Part shown: positions 34,714-44,979 of the stretch, one piece after another
Numbering within the stretch: position 1 is the stretch's first letter
Layout of the letters: each line of letters begins with the position of its first letter
Assembly: GCA_963785725.1 (NCBI GenBank)
Contig: CAWAWS010000039.1
Span: forward strand, 448,001 to 512,000
Source of the DNA: an uncultured delta proteobacterium
Lineage (GTDB): Bacteria; Myxococcota_A; Polyangia; Palsa-1104
DNA: 64,000 nucleotides
Reading direction: 5' to 3'
Notes under the pieces: model-generated
Seen by the model: the letters and a program-made list of their open reading frames with translations, nothing else
The model's database searches: none
Told to the model about the DNA's origin: nothing
Made by a program: the position numbers and the translations under genes

Positions 34714-35421
34714 TCATTCGGCGCACATGGCGAGCAGCTTGATGACGGTGTTCCAATTGCGGCCGGTACTGACAGCTTTCAGCTTGCCGTCGAACCACGC
34801 GTTGGTCAGCTTCGAGCGACCGAGGCCGTTCGGGCAGCGAAGGTAAATGTCGCGCCCGCGCACGACGAACTCGTCGGGCGGCGAGCGCGCCGGATCGAGC
34901 GTCGCCACGTCGGTCGCCGACGGCTGCCGATCGAGGAACATGACGACGAGCCGTGCCGGATCGGCGTCCTTGGTGAAATACGGGTTCGAACGCGCGCACT
35001 CGGCCAGCTCGGCCTGACTGCGCAAGACGAGCGGCACCGCCGCGCCGAAGCGCGCGACGAGCGCGCGCTCGACGGCGGCGTGCAGCCCTTTGACGACGGT
35101 GGCGCTCGCGCGAAACACGACATTGCCGCTTTGAATGTACGTGCGCACGTCGCTGCAGCCGACACCGCTGAATAACGCGCTCAAGTCCTTCATCGGGATC
35201 ATGTTGTTGCCGCCGACGTTGATGCCGCGCATGAGCGCCACGTAGACGTCACCGCCTGCTTTCGCGCCGGTCGCGGTCGTGTCGAGCGCGGCAGGTTGTC
35301 GCCCCGCGGCCGCCGGCTTCGTTGTCGGCGCTTTGGTCGGGGCTTTCGCCGGCTTCTTTGCCGCGGCTTTCGCCTGTGGGCTTAGCGTCTTCGGCGTAGC
35401 GGGCTTCTTCGATGCGGCCAT
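34714..35421 (-). CDS. DUF1697 protein with a Lys/Ala/Pro-rich N-terminus
   Basis: YVALMRGINVGG, VRTYIQSGNVVF, TGRNWNTV. Confidence 0.88.
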   Translation of the reverse strand: MAASKKPATPKTLSPQAKAAAKKPAKAPTKAPTTKPAAAGRQPAALDTTATGAKAGGDVYVALMRGINVGGNNMIPMKDLSALFSGVGCSDVRTYIQSGNVVFRASATVVKGLHAAVERALVARFGAAVPLVLRSQAELAECARSNPYFTKDADPARLVVMFLDRQPSATDVATLDPARSPPDEFVVRGRDIYLRCPNGLGRSKLTNAWFDGKLKAVSTGRNWNTVIKLLAMCAE

Positions 35422-35620
35422 GGCGAAACTGGAGCACGTGCGGCCGCCGTCGAGCAAGCGTCCATTGAATGGGCCGGGTAGCTCGCTCCCCAACTGTCTC
35501 GTCGTCAATACGAAATCGGACCGACAGCGAACCATAAGTCGGCGTAGCCACTTACGCCGACTGTGGTCTTTCGTTTGCACCGCCCAATCAATGACCGCGC
35601 GCGCGGTCGGAGGTCACGAC

Positions 35621-37237
35621 ATGCAGCGGTGCGCGGCGCAGCTCGGACGACGATTCAGCTTCGGCTGCTGCGCACTCGCGCTCGTCGGCGCCATCGGCTG
35701 TTCGTCGTCGAACATTCGCACGCTCGACGGCGGCGCCGACGATCTGGCGCAGCCGGCGACTGTCTCCGATATGAGCCACTCGGCGGCGCCCGGCGATATG
35801 GCGCCACCCGCCGATATGACGCCCGATCCGAATATCGAGCTCATGCACGAGCGTGCCGATACGGCGATCGCGACACTGATGCTCAATTTCTGGCCGACGT
35901 TGGCCGCGAATACGACGGTGTTCGATTGGTCTTATGCGCACTATTGGGACGCGCTCGTCGACGCCGCCGAGCGCCGCGGCGACAACGCCTACAGCGGCAC
36001 GATCCTGATGTTCTATCAGCTGCAAAATCAGCGCGGCTGGACCGACGACTATTACGACGACGAAAACTGGATCACGCTGTCGTTATTGCATTCCTATTCG
36101 TTGACCAACGATCCGATGTATTTGAATCAAGCGAAATTCGTCTTCGCCGATATCATGATGGGCTGGGATACGACCTGCTGCGGCGCGCATCCGGGCGGCA
36201 TTTGGTGGCATAAACCGAACGACAGCAAGGTCACCGCCATCAACGCCGGCGCCGTCATTTCCGCGTCGGAGCTGTACAAATATACGCAGGACACGACCTA
36301 TCTCGACTTCGCGAAAAAGACGTATGCCTATTGGTCGACGTATATGGTCGATCAAACGACGGGTCATGTTTACGACGGCATTTCGACGGCTGGTGTCATC
36401 AATACGACGTGGACGTTTACCTATAACGAAGGCCTATTCATCGGCGCTGTCTTGGCGCTTCATTCGGTGACGCAAGACGATACGATTCTGCCGCTGGCGC
36501 ATAAAGTCGCCGGCTTCATGCTGGCGTCGGAGATGGAGACGGTCTCGTTCGGGACGATTCTCTCCGACGGCAAATGCAGCGGCGACGGTCAGATGTTCAA
36601 AGGCGTCGGCGCCCGCTATTTGGAGCAGCTGTATGCGCTCGATATGACGCATACCGAATATCGCGACTTCTTGTCGCGCTCGGGCACGGCGGCGTGGACG
36701 CTGGCGCGCGATCCGGCGTCGGGCGACATCTCCTGCGATTGGATGGGCCCGTTCGACGCGACGACCGGCGACGTCGGCTCGCTCGGCTCGGCGTCGGTCG
36801 GCCTGGCCGCGGCCGCCAAAGCGTTGGGCACGGCCGCGCAGCGACCGGCGCTGCAATACGAGGCCGAAGAGGGCAACTTGCATGGCGTCGGCTTGGAGGC
36901 CACGCACGGCGGCTTCTCCGGTTGGGGCTATTTGGCCGGCTGGGGCAGCGACGGGCAATCGGTCGATATCCTCGTCGACGCGCCCAAAGCCGGCGCTTAC
37001 ACGGCGACCCTGCGTTATGCCACCGGCGACGCCGCCAGTCGCGCCATCAGCGTCAACGGCGCGAGCGTCAATGCCAAGCTCGCGTTCCCGTCGACGGGAA
37101 ATTACGACACGTACGCGACCGTGACGCAGCCGCTGACACTGACGGCGGGGCGCAACACGATGACGGTCGCGTTCAGCGCGGCGGCCGGCAGCGGCGGATA
37201 TCTCAACCTCGATCGCATTCAGCTCACGGCGAACTAA
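35621..37237 (+). CDS. GH76 alpha-1,6-mannanase-like lipoprotein with a C-terminal CBM35/CBM6
   Basis: Lipobox AIGC; YYDDENW, GGIWW, TYNEG, FKG; YEAEEG...NLDRI. Confidence 0.88.
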   Translation: MQRCAAQLGRRFSFGCCALALVGAIGCSSSNIRTLDGGADDLAQPATVSDMSHSAAPGDMAPPADMTPDPNIELMHERADTAIATLMLNFWPTLAANTTVFDWSYAHYWDALVDAAERRGDNAYSGTILMFYQLQNQRGWTDDYYDDENWITLSLLHSYSLTNDPMYLNQAKFVFADIMMGWDTTCCGAHPGGIWWHKPNDSKVTAINAGAVISASELYKYTQDTTYLDFAKKTYAYWSTYMVDQTTGHVYDGISTAGVINTTWTFTYNEGLFIGAVLALHSVTQDDTILPLAHKVAGFMLASEMETVSFGTILSDGKCSGDGQMFKGVGARYLEQLYALDMTHTEYRDFLSRSGTAAWTLARDPASGDISCDWMGPFDATTGDVGSLGSASVGLAAAAKALGTAAQRPALQYEAEEGNLHGVGLEATHGGFSGWGYLAGWGSDGQSVDILVDAPKAGAYTATLRYATGDAASRAISVNGASVNAKLAFPSTGNYDTYATVTQPLTLTAGRNTMTVAFSAAAGSGGYLNLDRIQLTAN

Positions 37238-37260
37238 TCGACTCGAAAGGAAGCGATCCA

Positions 37261-40119
37261 ATGCGCGGCCCCTCTCTGCTTCTACTTATGCTCTGCGTTC
37301 CCGTGTTCGCAGTGGGATGTGCCAATTCCTCGCCGGGCAATTCCGGCGGCGGCGGCGGCGCGGCCGGAGGGTCGGCCGGCGGCACCGCGGGCGGCGGCAC
37401 GGCCGGCGGTGGCACGGCCGGCGGCGGCGGCGGCGCGCCGGTCCAAGACTTCGGCCCGCCGATGTACGGCACCGGCGGCACGTGGTCGTTCGACGAGGCC
37501 TCCGGCAAGACCGCGAGCGGCGCCGTGCTCGAAGGCGCGCCCGCGTGGACCGTCGGCAAAGTCAACGCCGCGCTGCACTTCGGCGGCAAGTCCGACGACG
37601 TCGCCACCGCCAATCCCGCGCTCGACAACAGCCAAAGCTTCTCCGTCGCCGCCTGGGTGCGGCTCGATCGCACCGACGTGCCGATGGCCATCTTGAGCCT
37701 CGATGGCCGCACGACCAGCGCCGTCACGCTCGGCTTCTGGCCCACGTCGTCGACGGGCGCGGGCGGCCTCGGCATCGCGTTCCCCGCCAGCGACAGCGAC
37801 AGCGCGCAGGTCACGCGCGTCGTCTCGTCGTTCATCCCCGTCGCCGACGTTTGGTATCACCTGGCCGCCGTCTACGACGCCAGCGCGCACAGCGTGCAGC
37901 TCTACGTCGACGGCAGCGCCAACGCGCAGGCGACCGTAGCCGCGTCGTTCTCGGGCGAAGCGGCGACGCACATCGGCCGCGGCCTCGCCGGCGGCGCCGG
38001 CGTCGACTACTTCGCCGGCGTCATCGACGAGGTGCGCTTGTCGCCGGGCACGCTCGCCGCCGGCGACGTCAGCACGCTCTTCGCCGCCGCCGCCGCCACC
38101 ACGCCCGTCCGTCCGCCGGCGGTGCCGCTGATCGTGCGCGGGCCGTATGTCAGCACGTGGATGGCCGCCGACAACACCGCCGGCAATTGGCCGACGTTCT
38201 GGACCGGCGCCGTCAAAGCCATCACCGGCATCGTCCGCGTCGACGGCAAAGCTTACTTGCTCATCGGCGCGCCCACCGGCATCACCAGCAACGCCACGCA
38301 GGTGAGCCTGGAAATTACGGCCACGCAGTCGCGTTACGTTTACGCCGCCGGCGGCATGCACGTCTATGTCGACTTCGTCTCGCCCGTCGAAGCCACCGAT
38401 TCCAAGAAGCTGTCGATGCCCTTCGGCTTCATCAACGTCCAGGCCGTCTCCGTCGACGGCAACGCGCACGACACCAGCTTTTACTTCGACATCTCCGGCG
38501 AATGGGCGCACGGCGACTCGACGCAGAACATCGGCTGGACGCGCAACGACGTCGCGGCGACGCCGAGCACGGTCAGCGCCTTCGCCGTCACGCCCTCGTC
38601 GCCGACGCAGTTCGGCGAGTCCAACGACTACGCGTCGTGGGGCACCGCCGTGTTCGCCACTGCCACGACGGGGATTAAATATCAGTCGGGCGCCGACACG
38701 ACGGTGCGGCCGCTCTTCATCGGCGGCGGCTCGCTCGCCAATACGATCGACACCGTGCAGCCGCGCCCGATCAACCAGAATTGGCCTGTTTTCGCCTACG
38801 AATCCGATCTCGGCATGGTCAACGGCACGCCGTCGGCGTCGCGCACATTCGTGCTCGGCAACGTGCGTCAGCCGGCCGGCAACTATCAAAGCGCGCCGCT
38901 GCCGCCCTTGTGGCAGGCCTATTGGCCGACGTGGCAGGCGATGCTCACCGACGCCTACGCCGACGCCGTCGGCGGCACGCTGGTGCAGCGCGCCGATGCG
39001 CTCGACGACAAAGTGTCCGAGGACGCCGTCGCCGCCGGCGGCTGGCACTACGCCGGCCTGTGCGCGCTGGCGTTGCGGCAAGCATTCGGCGGCGTCGAGC
39101 TCGTCAACACCGGCGCCGATCCGTGGATGTACCTAAAGGAAATCTCCAGCGACGGCAATCTCTCGACCGTCGACGTCATCTATCCGGCGATGCCCGCTTA
39201 CCTCTATGCGAACCCGTTATTGCTTCGTTATCTGCTCGAGCCGCTCTTGATTTACGGCGAGAACACGACGCTCTGGCAACAGCCGTTCGCCGAGCACGAC
39301 TTGGGCGCGCATTATCCCATCGGCGACGGTCACAACGCCGGCACCGACTCGTCGCAGCCGCTCGGCGGCGGCGAGAATATGCCGGTCGAAGAGTCGGCCA
39401 ATATGCTGATCATGACCGGCGCCTATTTGAAGTACGCCAATAGCCCGGACGCCACGATGTTCGTGAACAGCCATTATACGATATTGAAGAAATGGGCCGA
39501 CTATCTGGTGGCGAATGCGCTCGATCCGGGGTCGCAGAATCAGACCGACGATTTCACCGGCTTCATCGCGCACAGCTCGAACTTGGCGCTAAAGGGAATC
39601 CTCGGCTTGGGCGCGATGGCGCAGATCTCGACCGCGGTCGGTCAGACGACGGACGCGAACAACTATAAGACGACGTCGCAAAGCTACATTACGCAGTGGA
39701 GCCAAAAGTCGCAGGACTCGACGATGACGCACTTGAAGCTCGCGTATGACGGCGACGACACGACCTGGAGCCTCAAATACAACTCCTATCCCGATCGTCT
39801 GCTCGGCCTCGGATTGATTCCTGCCGCGACACTGGCGGAAGAGACGACGTGGTATGCGCAGCAAAAAGCGGCCTATGGCTATCCGCTCGATAGCCGTCAC
39901 ACCTACACCAAGGCCGATTGGGAGATGTGGATGGCGGCCGGCGTCGGCGACCCCGCGCTGCGTCAAAACGTGGTCGACGCGCTCTACCATTTCGCCAACG
40001 CCACGCCCTCGCGCGTGCCCTTCACCGACTGGTATGACACCGTCGCTGGTACGCAGAACGGCTTCCAAGCGCGACCGGTCATCGGCGGCCTCTTCTCGCT
40101 CATGACCTTGGGGAATTAG
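37261..40119 (+). CDS. Lipoprotein: LamG domain + GtaA 'glutaminase'-family domains (DUF5127/DUF4965-like)
   Basis: Lipobox AVGC; WYHLAAVYD..LYVDG; PPAVPLIVRGPY, KEISSDGN.STVDV, HDLG, MPVEES, TDDF, YTKADW. Confidence 0.85.
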   Translation: MRGPSLLLLMLCVPVFAVGCANSSPGNSGGGGGAAGGSAGGTAGGGTAGGGTAGGGGGAPVQDFGPPMYGTGGTWSFDEASGKTASGAVLEGAPAWTVGKVNAALHFGGKSDDVATANPALDNSQSFSVAAWVRLDRTDVPMAILSLDGRTTSAVTLGFWPTSSTGAGGLGIAFPASDSDSAQVTRVVSSFIPVADVWYHLAAVYDASAHSVQLYVDGSANAQATVAASFSGEAATHIGRGLAGGAGVDYFAGVIDEVRLSPGTLAAGDVSTLFAAAAATTPVRPPAVPLIVRGPYVSTWMAADNTAGNWPTFWTGAVKAITGIVRVDGKAYLLIGAPTGITSNATQVSLEITATQSRYVYAAGGMHVYVDFVSPVEATDSKKLSMPFGFINVQAVSVDGNAHDTSFYFDISGEWAHGDSTQNIGWTRNDVAATPSTVSAFAVTPSSPTQFGESNDYASWGTAVFATATTGIKYQSGADTTVRPLFIGGGSLANTIDTVQPRPINQNWPVFAYESDLGMVNGTPSASRTFVLGNVRQPAGNYQSAPLPPLWQAYWPTWQAMLTDAYADAVGGTLVQRADALDDKVSEDAVAAGGWHYAGLCALALRQAFGGVELVNTGADPWMYLKEISSDGNLSTVDVIYPAMPAYLYANPLLLRYLLEPLLIYGENTTLWQQPFAEHDLGAHYPIGDGHNAGTDSSQPLGGGENMPVEESANMLIMTGAYLKYANSPDATMFVNSHYTILKKWADYLVANALDPGSQNQTDDFTGFIAHSSNLALKGILGLGAMAQISTAVGQTTDANNYKTTSQSYITQWSQKSQDSTMTHLKLAYDGDDTTWSLKYNSYPDRLLGLGLIPAATLAEETTWYAQQKAAYGYPLDSRHTYTKADWEMWMAAGVGDPALRQNVVDALYHFANATPSRVPFTDWYDTVAGTQNGFQARPVIGGLFSLMTLGN

Positions 40120-40213
40120 CCGACTTTGACGCACATCGACGAGCTGCTTTGACGACGACGAATCAAACTTAGTTTGATAGTCAGTTGGCATACGGTTTCT
40201 GTACCGTACGCAA

Positions 40214-42433
40214 ATGGCTCGCTGTACCGGGTCCGTTTCCCCGCTCGCTACAATCTCCTTATCGCTCATTCTCTCGGCGTGCGCGCCCAGCGTCGCGCCG
40301 GTTAGCCCGGGTGGCGGCAACGGCGGGCAAGCCGGCGGCGGTGGCTCGGCCGGCGGTGGCATCGGCATGGCCGGCGGCGGCGGATCCGCGGGCGCCGGCG
40401 GCGCCGACTTGGCCGTCGGCGGCAGCGTCGATATGGCCAGCGACGGCGGCGCCGGCAATGGCGGCAGCCCCGACCTGGCCGGCGCCGCCGATATGGCGCT
40501 GCCGAGCACGCCGACGACGGGCATCATCTCCGTCAGCAACGGCGACGTGCGGCTCGACTACAACGCCGACATCGGCACCGCGTCCTTCTATTACGACAAC
40601 GTCCCCAAAATAACCGACTTCTATGCCGGCGTGCAGCTCACGACCTATGTCACCAGCAAGCAATATACGACGCGCTATGTGCAAACGAGCGGCACGACGA
40701 CGACGGTGACCAGCGTCGGCGCCGGATTGCCGAACATGCAGCAGCTCTTCGTGCTCGACGGCGGCAATCACTTCCTGACGCGCGTCATCATGCAAGGCTC
40801 GCAATTGAGCACCAATTGGATCGCGCCCGTCGTCATGGATACCGCCGGCGGCGTCGACGTCGGCAGCTATACCGATTCGCGACTGTTATGGGTGCCGTGG
40901 GATAACGACGCCTGGGTCACCTATAACGCCGGCTCGATGAATAGCAGCGGCACGTCATTCAATGCCGCCGCCTTTTACGACAACACCAGCCGCAACGGAA
41001 TCGTCGTCGGCGCCATCACGCACGATACGTGGAAGACCGGCGTCTATTACAGCGGCTCCAACAACAAGCTCGACGCGCTCAACGTCTTCGGCGGCGCCAC
41101 CGATTCGACTTATACGCACGACGTGTTGCCGCACGGCAAAGTGACCGGCGACTCGCTCTATTCGCCGTTCGTCTTCGTCGGTTACGACGCCGATTGGCGC
41201 GATCTGTTGGAAGAATATGCCGACACCAACACGACCATCGACTCCAAGTTGGCGTGGAGCGGCGGCGTTCCTTTTGGCTGGAATAGCTGGGGCAAGATTC
41301 AGACGAATATCAGCTACGACAAAGCGGTCGCCGTCTCCGATTATATCGCCGGCAATTTGCAGCCGAATAACTTCGTCAACAACGGCACCGTTTACGTCAA
41401 CCTCGATTCTTATTGGGACAACTTGAGCGACGCGCAATTGACGGCGTTCGTCGCGCACTGCAAAGCGAACAATCAAAAGGCCGGCATTTATTGGGCGCCC
41501 TTCGTCGATTGGGGCTTGTCGGCGACGCGAGCCGTGGAAGGCTCGGCCAGCGACACCTACGGGCAGATCTGGCTGCGCGACGGCAGCGGCAATCCCATCG
41601 AGGTCGACGGCGCTTATGCCGTCGATCCGACGCACGAAGGCACGAAGACGCGCATCAATTACTTCATCGACAAGTTCAAGAGCCAAGGCTTCGAGTACAT
41701 CAAGCTGGACTTCTTGTCGCATGGCGCGCTCGAGAGCAGCGTGCGCGCCGATCCGACGGTCCAGACCGGCATTCAGGCCTATAACCAAGGCATGCAGTAC
41801 ATCGTCAATCGCATCGCCGGGACGATGTTCATCAGCGAATCGATCTCGCCGTTATTTCCGTTCAAGTATGCGCACGCGCGCCGGCTCGCCTGCGATACGT
41901 ATGGCGCCGATACCGGCTCGATGAGCACGCAATACGAGCTCAATTCGCTCAATTACGGCTGGTGGATGAATGACAAGCTGTATACCTACAACGATCCCGA
42001 TGAAATGCTGTTCGAAGGGTTCAGCGCCGGCGCAAATATGAGCCGCCTCGTCTCGGGCGCGATATCGGGGACGATATTCTTGAACGGCGACGATCTCACG
42101 GAGACGACCGGTCAAGGGCTGGCCAAGGCGAACCTGACCAATTCGGAATTCAATTGGATCGCGAGCTTGGGGAATACGTTTCGGCCGGTCGAAGGCAATA
42201 CCGGAACGAGCGCGACCGACGTCTATATGATGACGATTCCCGGCAGCACGTTCCTCGCCATCTTCAACTTCGGCACCAGCAGCGAGACCAAGAGCATCGA
42301 CCTGGCGCGTATCGGCCTCGTCGACGGCACGTGGTATTGGGTCGAGGATATGTGGGCGGGAACGACGAGCTATTTGAATGCGCTCAATATCGAGGTCGAC
42401 GCCAATTCGGCCAAGCTGCTGCACGTTTATTAG
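40214..42433 (+). CDS. Alpha-galactosidase-like (clan GH-D, GH36/GH27) lipoprotein
   Basis: Lipobox LSAC; PFGWNSW, NLDSYW, GFEYIKLDF, YNDPD. Confidence 0.8.
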   Translation: MARCTGSVSPLATISLSLILSACAPSVAPVSPGGGNGGQAGGGGSAGGGIGMAGGGGSAGAGGADLAVGGSVDMASDGGAGNGGSPDLAGAADMALPSTPTTGIISVSNGDVRLDYNADIGTASFYYDNVPKITDFYAGVQLTTYVTSKQYTTRYVQTSGTTTTVTSVGAGLPNMQQLFVLDGGNHFLTRVIMQGSQLSTNWIAPVVMDTAGGVDVGSYTDSRLLWVPWDNDAWVTYNAGSMNSSGTSFNAAAFYDNTSRNGIVVGAITHDTWKTGVYYSGSNNKLDALNVFGGATDSTYTHDVLPHGKVTGDSLYSPFVFVGYDADWRDLLEEYADTNTTIDSKLAWSGGVPFGWNSWGKIQTNISYDKAVAVSDYIAGNLQPNNFVNNGTVYVNLDSYWDNLSDAQLTAFVAHCKANNQKAGIYWAPFVDWGLSATRAVEGSASDTYGQIWLRDGSGNPIEVDGAYAVDPTHEGTKTRINYFIDKFKSQGFEYIKLDFLSHGALESSVRADPTVQTGIQAYNQGMQYIVNRIAGTMFISESISPLFPFKYAHARRLACDTYGADTGSMSTQYELNSLNYGWWMNDKLYTYNDPDEMLFEGFSAGANMSRLVSGAISGTIFLNGDDLTETTGQGLAKANLTNSEFNWIASLGNTFRPVEGNTGTSATDVYMMTIPGSTFLAIFNFGTSSETKSIDLARIGLVDGTWYWVEDMWAGTTSYLNALNIEVDANSAKLLHVY

Positions 42434-42633
42434 CTACGAATATCGAGCCGATATTCATGCGCTAGACGCTCCGGTCGCGAAATGCGCAAATCGCGACATG
42501 CGGAGCGTCGGCGATAGAGCGGCGAGGCGCGCGCATTCGGGTGCGACTGTCGCACGCTTACGGCCATACGCCGTTGCGCCTCTATTTCGCGACCACGGCC
42601 GATGTCGCGACCGAACACTTCGACGAGTCGATA

Positions 42634-44109
42634 TCAGCGGCCGAGCGCGGTCGCGATCGTCGAAGCCCACTGCCACGGCGCCGTTTGATTGCCCGGTAAT
42701 GAATTGAAGTATTCCCAGCTGGCGATGCCGCCCAGCTCTTGATGCTCGGTCAATAAGCTCGTAATCGTCGCTTGCTGGCCGGCAACGCTGACGAACCCCG
42801 AGCCGCCGTTGGCGGAGTTGCTGAGCACGCCGGCGACGAGTTTCTCCGCGGGAATCAGCGCGCGCGCGACGATGGTGTCGTAATCGGCGCCGGTCGCGAA
42901 TGAGCCCCAACCATTATAGAACTGCACGTTGAACCAGGAAATGTTCGAGCCCGTGTCGCGATAGAGCTGCTCGTAATCGAACCCCGATAGATTGCCGGCG
43001 GCGTGCAGCGCGGCCGCGACCGGCGCCAACGTAATGACGAAACCAGCGCCATAATCGCTGCGCAGCTGTTGAATGACCTTTTCGATACCCGCCAATGACA
43101 TCGTCTCTTCGACATCCAGATCGACGCCGTCCAAATGATACGTATCGATGATGCCTTTGAGCAGCGGATAGTAACCGGCGAAGTTGCTGTCGAGGCCGGC
43201 GAAGCTGCCTTTGGCCGCGCCGCCGATCATCGCCTCGACGCGCACACCCTGCGTCTGCATCGTCGCCAGCTCTTTCCACATTTGCGTGAACATCGGGTCG
43301 CTCGGCGGATTGTTGTTCAAATGCACCGTCAGATCCGACTGCAAATGAAAGGCGCCGACCGCGATATCGCTGACGCGCGTGGCGTTCGTCGTCAACGGCA
43401 ACGGGGATACATACGTGCTGCCGCTATATTGCGTTTGGTAATAGACGACGACGCGGCCATTGCCGACGCCGTGCGCCGGCACCGTCCAAGTCTGATTGGC
43501 GGCGGCGCTGCAGTCGTACAGCTGCATGCGCGTCCCGGCGGCGGTGCTGGCGCCGGTGGCGTCGAGGCATTTGTTGGCGTGCGGATTGATGATTTCGTGG
43601 CTCGTCGTCTCGATCCATTCCTGCGCGTCGGTGCCGTTGCAGGCCCACACTTGCACGAGCGTGCCGTCGGTCGTGCCCGAGGACGAGACGTCGAGGCAGT
43701 AGCCGAGCGCGCGGATGGTGCCGTCGGGCTCGAAGGTCCAGCGTTGATTAGCGGCGCCGCTGCATGTGCCGAGCTGCACGGCGGTGCCGAGGCCGATGTC
43801 GGCGCTGGCGTCGACTTCGACGCAGACGCCGGCCGGGTCGACGATCTCGCCGGCGTGGTCGATGGCCAAGTCGACCGGTTGCGCGAGGTCGGGCATGCTC
43901 GCGCCGCCGCCGCCGCCGGCTTGGCCGCCGCCGGCTTGGCCGCTACCACCGGCGCTGCCGCCGCCGCCGGCTTGGCCGCTCAGGTCGCTTCCCATGCCGG
44001 CGTCGTGCGGCGACAAGTCGTACTTGGGGCCCGAGCAGCCGATGACGAGCGTCAACGGCAGCGCCAACGCCGCCGACCACGAGACCAGCAGCAGACGAGG
44101 GAGTGTCAC
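42634..44109 (-). CDS. Lipoprotein: ricin B lectin (CBM13) + GH18 (CTS3/endo-beta-N-acetylglucosaminidase-like)
   Basis: Lipobox VIGC; QxW repeats NQRW/AQEW/NQTW; VYYQT, GGAA.GSF, DGVDLDVE, QFYNGWG. Confidence 0.88.
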   Translation of the reverse strand: MTLPRLLLVSWSAALALPLTLVIGCSGPKYDLSPHDAGMGSDLSGQAGGGGSAGGSGQAGGGQAGGGGGASMPDLAQPVDLAIDHAGEIVDPAGVCVEVDASADIGLGTAVQLGTCSGAANQRWTFEPDGTIRALGYCLDVSSSGTTDGTLVQVWACNGTDAQEWIETTSHEIINPHANKCLDATGASTAAGTRMQLYDCSAAANQTWTVPAHGVGNGRVVVYYQTQYSGSTYVSPLPLTTNATRVSDIAVGAFHLQSDLTVHLNNNPPSDPMFTQMWKELATMQTQGVRVEAMIGGAAKGSFAGLDSNFAGYYPLLKGIIDTYHLDGVDLDVEETMSLAGIEKVIQQLRSDYGAGFVITLAPVAAALHAAGNLSGFDYEQLYRDTGSNISWFNVQFYNGWGSFATGADYDTIVARALIPAEKLVAGVLSNSANGGSGFVSVAGQQATITSLLTEHQELGGIASWEYFNSLPGNQTAPWQWASTIATALGR

Positions 44110-44336
44110 GCCGTCGCTCACTGCACGGCGCCTGCCAAGCGCGCACGTCGATGGGCGCGCGCCGTTCCCGTCGCTGCGGCCGCCGATCCGAGGTCGGGGT
44201 GCGTGAGTGCCTGAGGCGCGCCGCCCCGGGCGACGTGGCGTGGCGCCCCGCCGGCACCGGCTATTACCGCGAATTCCGCTGTCTCGCGCGCGATCCAGCG
44301 ACGGCAGGTGCGCCACGTCGACGACGCGCCGCGCGA

Positions 44337-44717
44337 CTATTGGCTGGCGACTTCGGCGGTGCGGACGAGGCAGCTGAGGCGCAAGTTGTCGCGCGTCATG
44401 CCGTACGCCGAGCCGGGCACGCCGCGGCCCGATTCCAACGCCTCGCCGATGAGCACCACCGCGTCGCAACCATGGCTCGCGGCCTCCTCGCGGCCACGCG
44501 CGAGCGCGGTCTCGAGCTTCGTGCCGCTGCAGGTGATGAGGCCGACCTCGCGATAGCCGCCCGCCGGCCGCGCGGTCATGACCTGCACCGCCGACGGATC
44601 GCGCAGCTGCGCCGCGTATTGCCCCGTCTGCGTGAAGTCCGACGTATAGCAGCCGCCCGTCGTCGCCATCCCCAGTGCCATCGCCAACCCGAGCATCGTC
44701 TTCGTCTTGCGCAACAT
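44337..44717 (-). CDS. Small lipoprotein, YbjQ-like fold possible
   Basis: TTGGC lipobox; YREVGLI...AASHGCDAVV. Confidence 0.6.
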   Translation of the reverse strand: MLRKTKTMLGLAMALGMATTGGCYTSDFTQTGQYAAQLRDPSAVQVMTARPAGGYREVGLITCSGTKLETALARGREEAASHGCDAVVLIGEALESGRGVPGSAYGMTRDNLRLSCLVRTAEVASQ

Positions 44718-44979
44718 GTTCGTCTCTCCCCGACGCTTCGTTGAAACGTGATGCGCCCACCTAGAGCAAGCGACGATCCAAGTCGAGCCGTCGCCGAATT
44801 CGTTGGCGCGCCAAGGGTTGTCGGGCGCGTTTGTGGCGCCGAGAACCACAGCCGGCCGATGCCACAGCCATCGCGCAATCTCGCGGCGCGCGCGTCATCC
44901 GCCGGCAAACCGCGGCGATCGCGTCCGGCCGCGGCCAACGCCTGCGCAGGACGCCGTTGGTGCTTATGCTCCGCTGCGA

